From the NCBI GenBank assembly GCA_965219095.1, contig OZ244719.1:637327-701326 (forward strand): a stretch of 64,000 nucleotides of DNA. The letters are read 5' to 3'. The position numbers were made by a program, and so were the translations under genes. Positions 36,700 through 46,436 of the stretch are shown here, piece after piece. Every line of letters starts with the position of its first letter. Position 1 is the stretch's first letter. Source of the stretch: Bdellovibrionales bacterium. GTDB lineage: Bacteria > Bdellovibrionota > Bdellovibrionia > Bdellovibrionales > UBA1609. The notes below the pieces were generated by a model, which worked only from the letters and a program-made list of their open reading frames with translations, was not told where the DNA came from and did no database searches.

Positions 36700-39111
36700 T
36701 CAGATAGGCTCCCAACTTTCTCTTGTAGAAGGCTTACGAATAGAAAGCTCAAGAGTTTGAGTAAGCCAATTCATTTTAAAAGAAGAACGACCATAAAGTA
36801 AACTATAAATACCATAATTACGAATGACTTTCTTCACATACCTTCTTGTTTCAAGAAAAGGTATATGCTCTATGAAGCTATCCACAGATAAGTCTCCAAA
36901 ACGATAAATCCAATTTTCTAAATTATGAGGCCCTGCGTTGTAGGATGCTACGATAAGAGGGATTTTTCTTTTAAATTTCTTCCTGAGCCTATACAAATAA
37001 TGGGAGCCTAAGTGAATATTAAAACGGGGGGAAAAAAGTTTTTCTTTAGAGAAGCTTACATGGGATAGACTTGCAATTTTTTGTCCTGTATAAGGCATAA
37101 GTTGCATTAAGCCTCTTGCTCCCACAGGAGAAACAGCATCAAAACGATAAAAAGTCTCAGCTCTCATGATACTCCATACAAGCTCTTTAGGAATAAAAAA
37201 GTATTGAGTGTATTTAACAACATACTTCTTATAAGCCTCAGGATAAGCGTGAGACCAGAGGAGGTGGCTTCCTTCGATCCCGTACTGACTACGTGTTTTT
37301 GAAAAATAAATAGCAGCAATATAAGCTGAGCGATGATAAGCTCCTAGGGCGTGGTAATTTCCCATTAAAATTCTTAATAAAGAAAGATCAGAAGTGTTGA
37401 CTTCTACTTCGTAAAAATCTTTAATTGCTAATGACTTAAACCCTAAAGTTTTTAAATTACTGGCTCTATTGAAAAAAACTTTATTTCTCTTTTTTATTTT
37501 TTTCTTCGATGGAGATGAAAAGAAAAAAAACCCATTTTTTAACTTATCTAAATCGTCCTCTTCAGAGTTTCTGGAAGGTTTGGTCTCTAGCTCTGAAAGA
37601 CTTTTTTCATAATCACCACCCTCTCCTTCATTGTCTAAAGAAGAAAGAGAACGTGCTATAATCTTCACCTTATCCTGATAATCAAGGAAATCAGAAACAG
37701 AAGCTCCTCTCATAAAAGACATTTTCACAGAGCTTTTTTTAGCAATTTCTCTTAATCGGTAATAAGAAAGAAAAGAGTAGTAAGTTAGAAGAGAGTTTTG
37801 ACTTAATTTCATGAAAATCTTTTGTGCTTTGTCATACTGTTTTAAATGATTCATAGCCATAGCTTTCCAGTAACTAACTTTTTCTATAGATGATTCATAA
37901 GCTAAAGGGGTTTTTTTGAAGATCTTAAGGAGTTTTTCAAAGTACATTAAAGAGCTTTCAAAGTTGTGATTTAGGTATTGAGTCCAGCCAAGATACCACA
38001 GAACTTTCTTACGTAAGGATTCTTTAGAGGAATGTTTTTCATAAAAAGACAGAAACTGTTTGTATGATTCCTCGTACATTTTAAACTGATAAGCTACAAA
38101 AGCTCTATCAAAAAGGGCCTCTTTCTTTTCTTTCAAAGACTTAGCTACTTGAGAGGCTCTATAAAAGGATTTGAGTGCAAGGGGAGAATCTCCTGATTTA
38201 ACAGCCACTTTTCCTACAAAAATAAGATAATCCCAGTTGCTCCATTTCTCTTTTTCGTATTTTTTTAGAATCTTAGAGGATTGATCAAGATGCCCTTCAT
38301 AAGTTAAATGATAGGCTTGCAAAAAATCTAACTCATAGTCTGTGAAACGAGTAGGTTTTTTTCTTAAAAGTTCAATTTCTTTCCAAGAGGTTTCAAAAAG
38401 ACCTGCCCACTGCAATCTTCTAATCCGTTTCATTTGATCTTTTAAAGTTGTTACACATTTAGCTTTAAAGCCCTTTAAAGTTAAGTAACCATCTTTGAAG
38501 TCAATATTTTCAAAATCAATGTATTTAGTATAAAGCTTTTGAATCCAATGGCATGTGCTGTAATGTTTTTTTCTATGATATTGAGTAATAGCTAAGCTTT
38601 CAACTACATCAGGATAAAGAGAGCTTTTTCTCCAACGTTTTTCAAGTTTTTTTAATCTTCTATAGGCACTTAGGTACTTATTTTCACTCATATCTATTTT
38701 AGCTAAGTACAAATTGATTTGTCTTTTTAAAAACCTATTGGGATTTTCTGCTAAAGACTTAAGAAAAAACCTCTTGGCTTTTTTTATTTTTTTTTCTTGA
38801 AAATTAATTTGCCCCAAATAAAAGTAAGTATAAACCGATAAGGCTTGCTCATAAAAAAAATACTGTCTAAAATGCCAAGAAGCTTTTTCTTTTTCCTTTC
38901 TTTCTAAAAAAATCTTTCCTAAAGCAAAGTGTTTGTTCCCTAAAAGAGAGTCTTCTGTTTTTATTTTCTTAAGCTGTTTGATGGCTTTATTGTAGTTTTT
39001 ACTCTCAATACTTTTTTGGATGTCTTTCCAGTCAACTTGAAAAAAAGCCCAAGAGCCTTTGGAAAAAAACAAAATGAGGACAGGCAAAAAAGCCTTCCTT
39101 AGCTTTAGCAT
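36700..39111 (-). CDS. soluble lytic murein transglycosylase (Slt70-like)
   Basis: Signal peptide, long helical-repeat N-domain, C-terminal SLT domain LVWSIMRAETFYRFDAVSPVGARGLMQLMPYTG...YNAGPHN. Confidence 0.8.
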   Translation of the reverse strand: MLKLRKAFLPVLILFFSKGSWAFFQVDWKDIQKSIESKNYNKAIKQLKKIKTEDSLLGNKHFALGKIFLERKEKEKASWHFRQYFFYEQALSVYTYFYLGQINFQEKKIKKAKRFFLKSLAENPNRFLKRQINLYLAKIDMSENKYLSAYRRLKKLEKRWRKSSLYPDVVESLAITQYHRKKHYSTCHWIQKLYTKYIDFENIDFKDGYLTLKGFKAKCVTTLKDQMKRIRRLQWAGLFETSWKEIELLRKKPTRFTDYELDFLQAYHLTYEGHLDQSSKILKKYEKEKWSNWDYLIFVGKVAVKSGDSPLALKSFYRASQVAKSLKEKKEALFDRAFVAYQFKMYEESYKQFLSFYEKHSSKESLRKKVLWYLGWTQYLNHNFESSLMYFEKLLKIFKKTPLAYESSIEKVSYWKAMAMNHLKQYDKAQKIFMKLSQNSLLTYYSFLSYYRLREIAKKSSVKMSFMRGASVSDFLDYQDKVKIIARSLSSLDNEGEGGDYEKSLSELETKPSRNSEEDDLDKLKNGFFFFSSPSKKKIKKRNKVFFNRASNLKTLGFKSLAIKDFYEVEVNTSDLSLLRILMGNYHALGAYHRSAYIAAIYFSKTRSQYGIEGSHLLWSHAYPEAYKKYVVKYTQYFFIPKELVWSIMRAETFYRFDAVSPVGARGLMQLMPYTGQKIASLSHVSFSKEKLFSPRFNIHLGSHYLYRLRKKFKRKIPLIVASYNAGPHNLENWIYRFGDLSVDSFIEHIPFLETRRYVKKVIRNYGIYSLLYGRSSFKMNWLTQTLELSIRKPSTRESWEPI

Positions 39112-39254
39112 AAAAACGTCTTCTCCTTATGATCTTAAATTCTAAGATATTTCCATTTTATCAAAAAACCCTCATCAAGACCTGATAAGACAAAATTTTC
39201 TAGTCTTTTGGTAAGACGAGGATGTCCGTAATCCCGTTAGACCTTTAAAAAAGG

Positions 39255-40929
39255 GGCCTCCTCAAAAGAATCTGTGGGTTCCCGGAGGTTCTTTTGAGGA
39301 GGCTTTTTTTTAAAATGTATAAAGGAAGAATCATTAAAAATGGAAAGGAAATACAGGAAGCTTTCTCTTAGGTGATTAGAATATTCGTGACCGTATGCAA
39401 AAAAAATTTGGCTCCTCCCGGGAATCTGTGGGTGAAAAGTAGCTAGAAATCCCCCAAAAAGGCTCATATTAATCAAAGTAAGAGTAAGAATCCTATCTTG
39501 TATTTTTGAGTTCTTTGAGGCCCTTACTGGCCTCTATCACCTCCGGTGATTGAACTCAAAAACATTCATTTTATTTGCTTTTATTTGCTGTGTTACATTA
39601 AAATTTTAAAAAAGAAGCACCTACTTCCCAGATGCCTTAAAATGTTATTCAAAAAAAAAAAAAAGGAGGGAAGAGATGCTTTTGAAGACTATACTAAATG
39701 ATTGTTTAAGATGGAAGTCTTTTGTATACGGAGACATTTATTTTTCAAAAGATAGAAAGTCAATTAATGTTCCTATTAAGGCTCGTAAAAATGGCCAAGC
39801 TTTTTGTAGTGTTTGTAAGAAGCCCTGTTCAGTGTATGACAGCAGTAAATCATCACGGGACTTTGAATCCCTTCCTATTTTAAGTTACAGGGTGTTTTTT
39901 GTTTATTTTGTAAGAAGAGTTAATTGTCCTTGCTGTGGGGTAAAAGTTGAGTATTTACCTTGGGCCGATGGTAAGAAGAGTTTAACGATCTTTTACATGA
40001 AGTATTTAGCAGACTGGTGTCGTCACCTGTCTTGGAAAGAGGTTTCTTGTAAGTTTCATGTCAGTTGGAATCAGGTCTATGCTTCGGTAGAATGGGTCGT
40101 AGAATATGGTTTAAAACAAAGGGTTTTAAAGGGAATACAAGCTATAGGTGTAGATGAAATACAATGGAAAAAGAACCATCAGTATCTCACCTTAGTCTAT
40201 GAAATAAGCAAAACCCGTGTACGCTTGTTGTGGATAGGAGAAAAAAGAACAGAAAAGAGTTTTAGAAAATTCTTTGATTTACTAGGAGAGAAGTCAAAAG
40301 ATATACGGTTTGTGTGTTCTGATATGTGGAAGCCTTATTTAAAAGTCATAAAGGAGAGGGCAAGTGGAGCTTTACACATATTAGATCGGTTTCATATCGT
40401 AGCAAGACTCAATAAGGCTTTAGACGAAGTGAGAGCTTCAGAACACAAAAAAATGAAAGAAGACGGGTATGAACCCCTTTTAACAAAAGCTAGATGGCCC
40501 TTGTTAAAAAATGCAGAAAATTTAAAATCTTATGAAAAAGTAAAATTAAGGCATTTAATACAGTACAATTTAAAAAGTATCCGCTGTTATTTTTTAAAAG
40601 AAGACTTCCGACAGTTATGGACCTATGTTTCACCAACTTGGGCTGGTAAATTTATAGACAGTTGGACGAGACGAGTCATGCTTTCAAAAATTGAACCTAT
40701 GAAAAGAAAAGCAAAAACCATACAAAGACATAAGCTACTTATTCTTAATTACTTCAAGGCTAAAAAAGCCTTCTCCTCAGGGATTGTAGAGGGTTTAAAC
40801 AACAAAGTAAAACTCACTATGAGAAAATCTTACGGCTTTAGAACCTCTAAAGCTATAAAAATCGCCTTATATCATAACCTTGGAAAACTGCCAGAACCTC
40901 CGGGAACCCACAGATTCTTTTGAGGAGGC
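39255..40929 (+). mobile_element. ISL3-family element
   Basis: About 35-nt inverted repeats GCCTCCTCAAAAGAATCTGTGGGTTCCCGGAGGTT (39255) and AACCTCCGGGAACCCACAGATTCTTTTGAGGAGGC (ends 40929). A second, degenerate IR-like copy at about 39415 leaves the true left end ambiguous. Confidence 0.75.
39676..40923 (+). CDS. ISL3-family transposase
   Basis: 415 aa. N-terminal zinc ribbon CSVCKKPC...CPCCG, IGVDEIQWKK...VYEI, CSDMWKPY, LDRFHIV. The ORF ends inside the right IR, as is usual for ISL3. Confidence 0.85.
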   Translation: MLLKTILNDCLRWKSFVYGDIYFSKDRKSINVPIKARKNGQAFCSVCKKPCSVYDSSKSSRDFESLPILSYRVFFVYFVRRVNCPCCGVKVEYLPWADGKKSLTIFYMKYLADWCRHLSWKEVSCKFHVSWNQVYASVEWVVEYGLKQRVLKGIQAIGVDEIQWKKNHQYLTLVYEISKTRVRLLWIGEKRTEKSFRKFFDLLGEKSKDIRFVCSDMWKPYLKVIKERASGALHILDRFHIVARLNKALDEVRASEHKKMKEDGYEPLLTKARWPLLKNAENLKSYEKVKLRHLIQYNLKSIRCYFLKEDFRQLWTYVSPTWAGKFIDSWTRRVMLSKIEPMKRKAKTIQRHKLLILNYFKAKKAFSSGIVEGLNNKVKLTMRKSYGFRTSKAIKIALYHNLGKLPEPPGTHRFF

Positions 40930-41065
40930 AAAAATTTTTATATTTTTTGTAAATGGAGAAGTGTTTTTTCTTGACATACTTTTTCATAGACGCATTAAGA
41001 TGACACGAAAGAGCTTTGCCCCTTAATCTTTTTTCAACGACTTTGCCATGTATGTCGTAATACCA

Positions 41066-41213
41066 TTTCCAAAAATTAATTCGACATTCTTTTAACGCAT
41101 TGCGTCCTGGCTTTTTGATAAAACTCTGTTAAATTTTTAGAGTCATGTCGAAAAAAGATTTAGTTACACAGATTCAAGGGTATGATTTTCTGTAATTGGT
41201 ATAACTCGGTTAT
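41066..41213. mobile_element. about 148-bp MITE
   Basis: Terminal inverted repeats TAATACCATTTCCAAAAATTAAT and ATTTTCTGTAATTGGTATA. The interior matches (in reverse complement) 50045-50133. Half-copies at about 5648, 49862, 50103 and 63515. Confidence 0.7.
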
Positions 41214-41544
41214 CTGACCGCCCTATCCAAGTTTAAATTTCTCTTATAAGTTTTTCTTAAGAAGGAGGATTTCATGGCGAGTGGAATTATAAAATACTAC
41301 CCCACTAAAGTGTCTAAGTTATTTTTTTAACAGTTCCTAACTGTCTTTTTCTTACTTGCAGGATTTTGTATCCGAAATAAAACAATATCTTTAAAAAGCT
41401 CGTTACATTCTTTTTGCCTTCGATCTGTTTTTACAGAGTAGTGGAAAACGTTGAAGTCGGACTCATTCTTAAGAAGAAGTTCTCTACTTTCCTTTTTGAA
41501 GAGGTAAAAATTACATCACTATAAAAAGTTTACATAGTTTTATT

Positions 41545-41617
41545 TGAGGTGTTTGTTTATATCGGCTAGCCTTTAGCCCTGAAAAAAGTCGAAACTCGTG
41601 TTAATAATACCCTGAGT
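41545..41617. repeat. IS982 end fragment
   Basis: GAGGTGTTTGTTTATATCGGCTAGCCTTTAGCCCTGAAAAAAGTCGAAACTCGTGTT matches 60309-60363. Confidence 0.7.
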
Positions 41618-41744
41618 TTAGATCAGGGGAACCTCTTCTTCAAAACCTAACGATTTTACGGACAATCTCTCTTTTTGATAGACGCTATTTGTAAAACTTT
41701 CTTTTTATTTCACAAAAACAATCTCATAAGGCTAAAGTAGGAAA

Positions 41745-43094
41745 ATGGAGAAAAGCTTACAGAAAACTATCTTTAGGTGTCAAAACTGCGGAACTCAGTA
41801 TTTAAAATGGCAGGGTCGTTGTCAAGAGTGCGATGAGTGGAACCAACTGGTAGAAGAGGTTCAAAGCCAAAATAAAACTGTTAAAAACTTAAAAAAACCT
41901 AGAGTTTTTAATGAATTTTCAAAAAATATCAAACGATACTCTACAGGTATAAAAGAACTAGATCGTGTTTTAGGAAGAGGTCTTATGCCTCAAAGTTATG
42001 TCCTTTTAGGAGGAGAACCTGGTATTGGAAAAAGCACTCTTCTCTTACAAATGGCTTGTTATCTTAATTTACCTACACTTTATATTTCAGGAGAAGAAAG
42101 TGAAGAACAGATTAGTTCACGAGCTCAAAGGATAGGTCTTAAAGGCGATAACGTGGAAGTTCTTTCCGAAAATCAAATAGAAGCCATCTCAGAAATAACA
42201 CGAAAAAAAAGACCTAAGCTACTTATCGTTGATTCCATTCAAACAGTTTATCTATCTCTTTTAAGCTCAGCTCCTGGTTCTGTTTCTCAAGTCAGAGAAT
42301 GTTCTAACCAATTGATGAACTTAGCTAAACAAGAAGGTTTTACAGTTTTTGTGATCGGTCATATCACAAAGGAAGGACACCTTGCTGGACCTAAAGTCCT
42401 AGAACACATGGTGGATACTGTTTTATTGTTTGAAGGAGATTCCTATTATCGCACTTTAAGAGCTTTAAAAAACCGTTTTGGTCCTACACATGAATTAGGT
42501 GTTTTTCAAATGAACTCTTCAGGTCTTAAAGAAGTAAAAAACCCATCTGAATTTTTCTTAGCAGAAAGAAACCAAGAAGAAGCTAACATAGGTTCAAGTA
42601 TTTTTGCTTCCTTAGAAGGAACAAGGCCTATTTTATGTGAAGTCCAAGCTCTGACAGTCACCTCTCCCTCTCAATTTCCAAGAAGAACCTCTTTAGGCTA
42701 CGATTTACAAAGAATTCATCTCTTAGCGGCTGTTTTAGAAAAATACCTCTCCCTGCCCTTATCTCAAAAGGAAATCTTTATTAATGTTGTAGGAGGGCTT
42801 AAAATTTCAGAACCTAGTGCTGATCTAGCTATCCTTTCAGCTCTTATTTCTTCAGAAAAATCTCTTAAAATTAAAACCTGTGCTTGCTTTTTAGGAGAAA
42901 TAGGACTGACCGGAGAAGTTAGACAAGTTCATATGTTGGAAAAAAGACTCAATGAAGCCAAAAAACTAGGATTTACAGACTTTATTTTACCTTCTTCGCA
43001 AATCAGCCGAGTCTCAAAGAATGATGCATTTCAATACCACTTTATAAAAAACCTACAAGAACTCCCTACAACCTTAACCCTTCTAGAACCATAA
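41745..43094 (+). CDS. radA: DNA repair protein RadA/Sms
   Basis: N-terminal zinc finger CQNCG...CQEC, Walker A GGEPGIGKSTLL, KNRFG motif, Lon-like C-terminal domain. Confidence 0.95.
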   Translation: MEKSLQKTIFRCQNCGTQYLKWQGRCQECDEWNQLVEEVQSQNKTVKNLKKPRVFNEFSKNIKRYSTGIKELDRVLGRGLMPQSYVLLGGEPGIGKSTLLLQMACYLNLPTLYISGEESEEQISSRAQRIGLKGDNVEVLSENQIEAISEITRKKRPKLLIVDSIQTVYLSLLSSAPGSVSQVRECSNQLMNLAKQEGFTVFVIGHITKEGHLAGPKVLEHMVDTVLLFEGDSYYRTLRALKNRFGPTHELGVFQMNSSGLKEVKNPSEFFLAERNQEEANIGSSIFASLEGTRPILCEVQALTVTSPSQFPRRTSLGYDLQRIHLLAAVLEKYLSLPLSQKEIFINVVGGLKISEPSADLAILSALISSEKSLKIKTCACFLGEIGLTGEVRQVHMLEKRLNEAKKLGFTDFILPSSQISRVSKNDAFQYHFIKNLQELPTTLTLLEP

Positions 43095-43270
43095 ACATAA
43101 AATTTTGATTCAAAATTATTATTAATGCTTAACACTATATGTTAGGTAATTGTAAGTTACGCATGGCTCCAACCTTCTGAAGTTAGAATAGATTTAGCAA
43201 AAAACATTAGAAATTAAAACAAAACCTATATAAAATGTAAAAAATCAAGCAATATTATAAGGGGGTATTG

Positions 43271-43978
43271 ATGAAACTCATTCATGGCAATTGCTATAAA
43301 AAATTAAAAAGAATAGAAGATGAAAGTGTTGATCTCATACTCACAGATCCACCCTACAACCTTGCTAATTATTCCACAGGGAATATCAAAGCTGATTGGA
43401 GAAAAGTCCTCAATAACGACATAGCTGTCTGGGATCAAAGTGTTCTTGATATTGCTGTTCTAAAAAAAGAGTTTTTGAGAATTATAAAACCCACAGGAAA
43501 TATTTTTATATTTACAGCTTATAATTTATTAGGAGATTGGCATAAGGCTCTTGATCCAGCATTTGATACATTTCAGGTTATGGTATGGCATAAAACGAAT
43601 CCGCCACCAAAATTAAGAAGAGCTGGTTTTTTAAACTCATGTGAATTGATTTGCTGTGTATGGAATAAAGGTCATACTTGGAACTTTACTACACAAAAAG
43701 AAATGCATAATTTTTTAGAAACTCCAATTTGTATGGGAAAAGAAAGATTAAAACACCCTACGCAAAAGCCAGTAAAAGTATTAAAACATATATTAAAAAT
43801 AGCTTCTAATGAAGGTAGTATGGTTCTCGATCCTTTTATGGGAGTAGGTTCTACAGGAGCCGCCTGCAAAGAAATGAATCGAAACTTTATAGGAATTGAA
43901 CTAGAAAAAAATTATGTAAATTTAGCAAGAAAAAGAATGGAAGAAACTGTATCTCAACTAGAAATTAATTTAAACTAA
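43271..43978 (+). CDS. beta-class DNA methyltransferase (DPPY; probably N6-adenine), no adjacent restriction gene
   Basis: Motif IV ILTDPPYN precedes motif I VLDPFMGVGSTGAAC, which is the beta-class permutation. AAGGGGG RBS before the ATG at 43271. Confidence 0.85.
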   Translation: MKLIHGNCYKKLKRIEDESVDLILTDPPYNLANYSTGNIKADWRKVLNNDIAVWDQSVLDIAVLKKEFLRIIKPTGNIFIFTAYNLLGDWHKALDPAFDTFQVMVWHKTNPPPKLRRAGFLNSCELICCVWNKGHTWNFTTQKEMHNFLETPICMGKERLKHPTQKPVKVLKHILKIASNEGSMVLDPFMGVGSTGAACKEMNRNFIGIELEKNYVNLARKRMEETVSQLEINLN

Positions 43979-44264
43979 TAATTTATTGATATCTGTACAT
44001 AAAATGAAGAACTTCAATTTAAAATGAAAAAATCAGTTACACAATTTAATTTACAGTACCCAGGAAAAGGCTTTAGAGTTTATTTACTCATTTAGTAGCT
44101 GTCTAAGAAAACGAATTAGCTAACATTGAATTTTTGATTTGCATAAAATATATGGCTCCTCAAAAGAACCTCCGGGAACCCACAGATTCTTTTGAGGAGG
44201 CAAATATATTTATCTTTAGATAACTGGATGCCGTTTTTTTCAACAACTAAGGGTTTGTTATTCT

Positions 44265-44522
44265 TTATTTTTTTACCACTATCTCAAGAACGACACTTTT
44301 ACTGCTAGGTATTCGATTAGATTCTTTACTTTCATATCTTTTAACAAAAAAAGCTTGAGAAATATCAAGTTTTAAAGGCTTTGCAAAGCTAATCACAGCT
44401 TTATTTTTCTTAACTTTAATGAAAGTAAGAAATAATCTTTCCTTCTCCTCTTTGTTATTATTCAAAAGTTTGTTTGTTAGGTTATCATTTACAATTTTAT
44501 TAGATTCAGGACTCTTACTCAT
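44265..44522 (-). CDS. hypothetical small protein
   Basis: 85 aa from MSKSPES. No motif recognised, weak RBS. Confidence 0.3.
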   Translation of the reverse strand: MSKSPESNKIVNDNLTNKLLNNNKEEKERLFLTFIKVKKNKAVISFAKPLKLDISQAFFVKRYESKESNRIPSSKSVVLEIVVKK

Positions 44523-44603
44523 AGCAACTCTTCTTCTCAATTCTATGTTAGTCGAACGTGAAAAATGCACAAACAGCTAAAAACACTTATTTTTTTGTAA
44601 TTT

Positions 44604-45400
44604 TTGCATAAAAATAATTGCAAGGAAATGGAAAAACAGATAAAAAACCTTGCAAAACAGAAAGGAAAAAAGATGACGCCAAAAGATATGTTCAGCACAC
44701 AAAAGAGAAGCCCTCTTAATTTTAGAGTAAACGACATTGCTCATAAGAAGCATCCGCTTGTCATTTTAGCTAATAAAATAGACTGGGGTCGTTTTGATAA
44801 AGTTTTTGGTTCGAAGTATGATGAAAAAAAAGGTCGTTCAGGACTTTCAACTCGTTTAATGGTGGGACTTCAATACTTGAAATACACTTATAATTTAAGT
44901 AACGAGAAGACAATAGAAATGTTCAAAGAGAATCCTCAATGGCAGTATTTTTGTGGTCAGCCTTTTTATTCTTATGAAGATCCCTGTAATAGAAGTTCAT
45001 TGACTAACTGGAGAAAGAGGATGGGGGCTGAGAAGATAGAAGTTCTCTTAGAGGAAACCATTGATTTAGCTTTGAGAGAGGGTTTTGTAAAAAAAAAAAG
45101 AGTTTGAGAATGTAGTTGTTGATACAACTGTTCAAGAGAAAGCAATAGCTTTTCCTACAGACAGCCGTCTTTATTACAAAGCTTTGAAGACTTTAGTTCA
45201 CAGGGCTAAAAAAGAGGGTTTAGTTTTACGTCAGAGCTATAAAAGAAAGTCCAAGGAGTGTTTATTTAAGAATGCTCGTTATGCTCATACAAGAAAAATA
45301 CGTTTAGCACGAAGACAGCAAAGAAAGCTTCATACTTATCTAGGTCGTGTGATAAGAGATGTTACAAGAAAAGGAGGTCCTAAGTTCAATGTCGAATTAT
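44604..45400 (+). pseudogene. IS5-family transposase (DUF772-type N-terminus), frameshifted and 3'-truncated
   Basis: LSTRLMVGLQYLKYTYNLSNEKTIEMFKENPQWQYFCG... matches the InsH-type N-domain. The frame breaks at an A11 run (about 45093-45103). Continues as AFPTDSRLYYKA... and stops abruptly near 45397, before the DDE core. Confidence 0.7.
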
Positions 45401-46191
45401 TTTTTGGAATTGGTATTACTAAAGTTTTTTTGTTTAAAGCCTTTGGGATTTATAATACTAGCACTGTTCCCTACAACTCGAATCACAAAAAGACCTTCTT
45501 TCTCAGCCTTTCTAGCTGAACTTTGATTGGATTTAAGATAAGCTACAGCACCGTAGATTTTTTTGTCTTTATATTCAGGAAACATTTTTTTAAAATCTGC
45601 TAGCTTTTTAAAAAAATGAGTTAAGTCTCTTATACGTAAGGTGGTTTTGACTTCTGTCACAACCACTTCACTGCCATTAAATGCAATAATGTCGAATTCA
45701 AAAGGTTTCCCATTCCATGTCCCAAAAGACTCTGGAAGAATTCTCTGTACTTCAATGTTTCTTTCTTGAAGAAGTTTAACTAAATCACCTTTTGCCAGAG
45801 CCTCCATAAGCTTTCCCCATTGACCTGTGAAAAGTTCGTCTAACTTTGCTATACGTTTATCAGACTTTATAAACTGACGATCGGTCTCAAGTTTTGACTC
45901 TTTTAACAAACGCTCTGTTTCTTTGTGGGCTTTTGCAGTTTCTTTTTGAGATTCTTTGAATTGGCGGTCAGTCTCTTTTTGGGCTTTAGCGATTTCTTGT
46001 TGAGATTCTTTGAGTTGGCGGTCAGTCTCTTTTTGAACTTTAGAGGTTTCTTTGAGTTGGCGGTCAGTCTCTTTTTGAGCTTTGGCATTCTCTTTTTGAG
46101 ACTTTGCCAGTTCTTGAGTTTCTTTAGCAACAGCTTGAATCGAAGCCCATACAGCTTTAGGAATTGAATGATTGGGTTTTTTTAAAGACAT
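45397..46191 (-). CDS. coiled-coil repeat protein with C-terminal PD-(D/E)XK-like nuclease fold
   Basis: N-terminal imperfect repeats (A)KAQKETDRQ(L/F)KES x4-5. C-terminus FEFDIIAFNGSEVVVTEVKTTL gives D...E-x-K with the expected beta-strand context. ATG at 46191 (MSLKKPNH). Confidence 0.6.
   Translation of the reverse strand: MSLKKPNHSIPKAVWASIQAVAKETQELAKSQKENAKAQKETDRQLKETSKVQKETDRQLKESQQEIAKAQKETDRQFKESQKETAKAHKETERLLKESKLETDRQFIKSDKRIAKLDELFTGQWGKLMEALAKGDLVKLLQERNIEVQRILPESFGTWNGKPFEFDIIAFNGSEVVVTEVKTTLRIRDLTHFFKKLADFKKMFPEYKDKKIYGAVAYLKSNQSSARKAEKEGLFVIRVVGNSASIINPKGFKQKNFSNTNSKK
45925..46120. repeat. imperfect 36-42-bp coding tandem repeats
   Basis: GGCGGTCAGTCTCTTTTTG(A/G)GCTTT... 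recurs four times. It is in frame in the gene above. Confidence 0.8.
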
Positions 46192-46436
46192 GCAGTTATA
46201 ATAATATAAAAAAACTTTCTTTTCAAGTGATTTTAAGAGAATTTCTTTCAAATGGCCTCACTGCGACATCCTTCGCTAACCTACTGTAATATAACAGAGA
46301 AATAAGAAAGTACCAGATAAAAAAGTACCAGAAAGGATGTCGCTAGAGATAATACAACAATTAAATCCTGGCTTTAAAAAGTAAGTACAAAAGCTAAGCT
46401 CTTATAAAACTACAAGTAACTTATCACATACTTAGT

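Noticed and set aside
39237-39476. 79-aa minus-strand ORF upstream of the ISL3 transposase
   Set aside because: It lies across the ISL3 inverted repeat and leader, and its sequence is dictated by the palindromic repeat. No coding signal.
40935-41740. Possible gene between the ISL3 element and radA
   Set aside because: There are only very short ORFs (for example an 18-codon ORF after AAGGAGG at about 41263). The interval is a patchwork of MITE, IS982-end and other repeat-family fragments that also occur at 63.5-63.8 kb.
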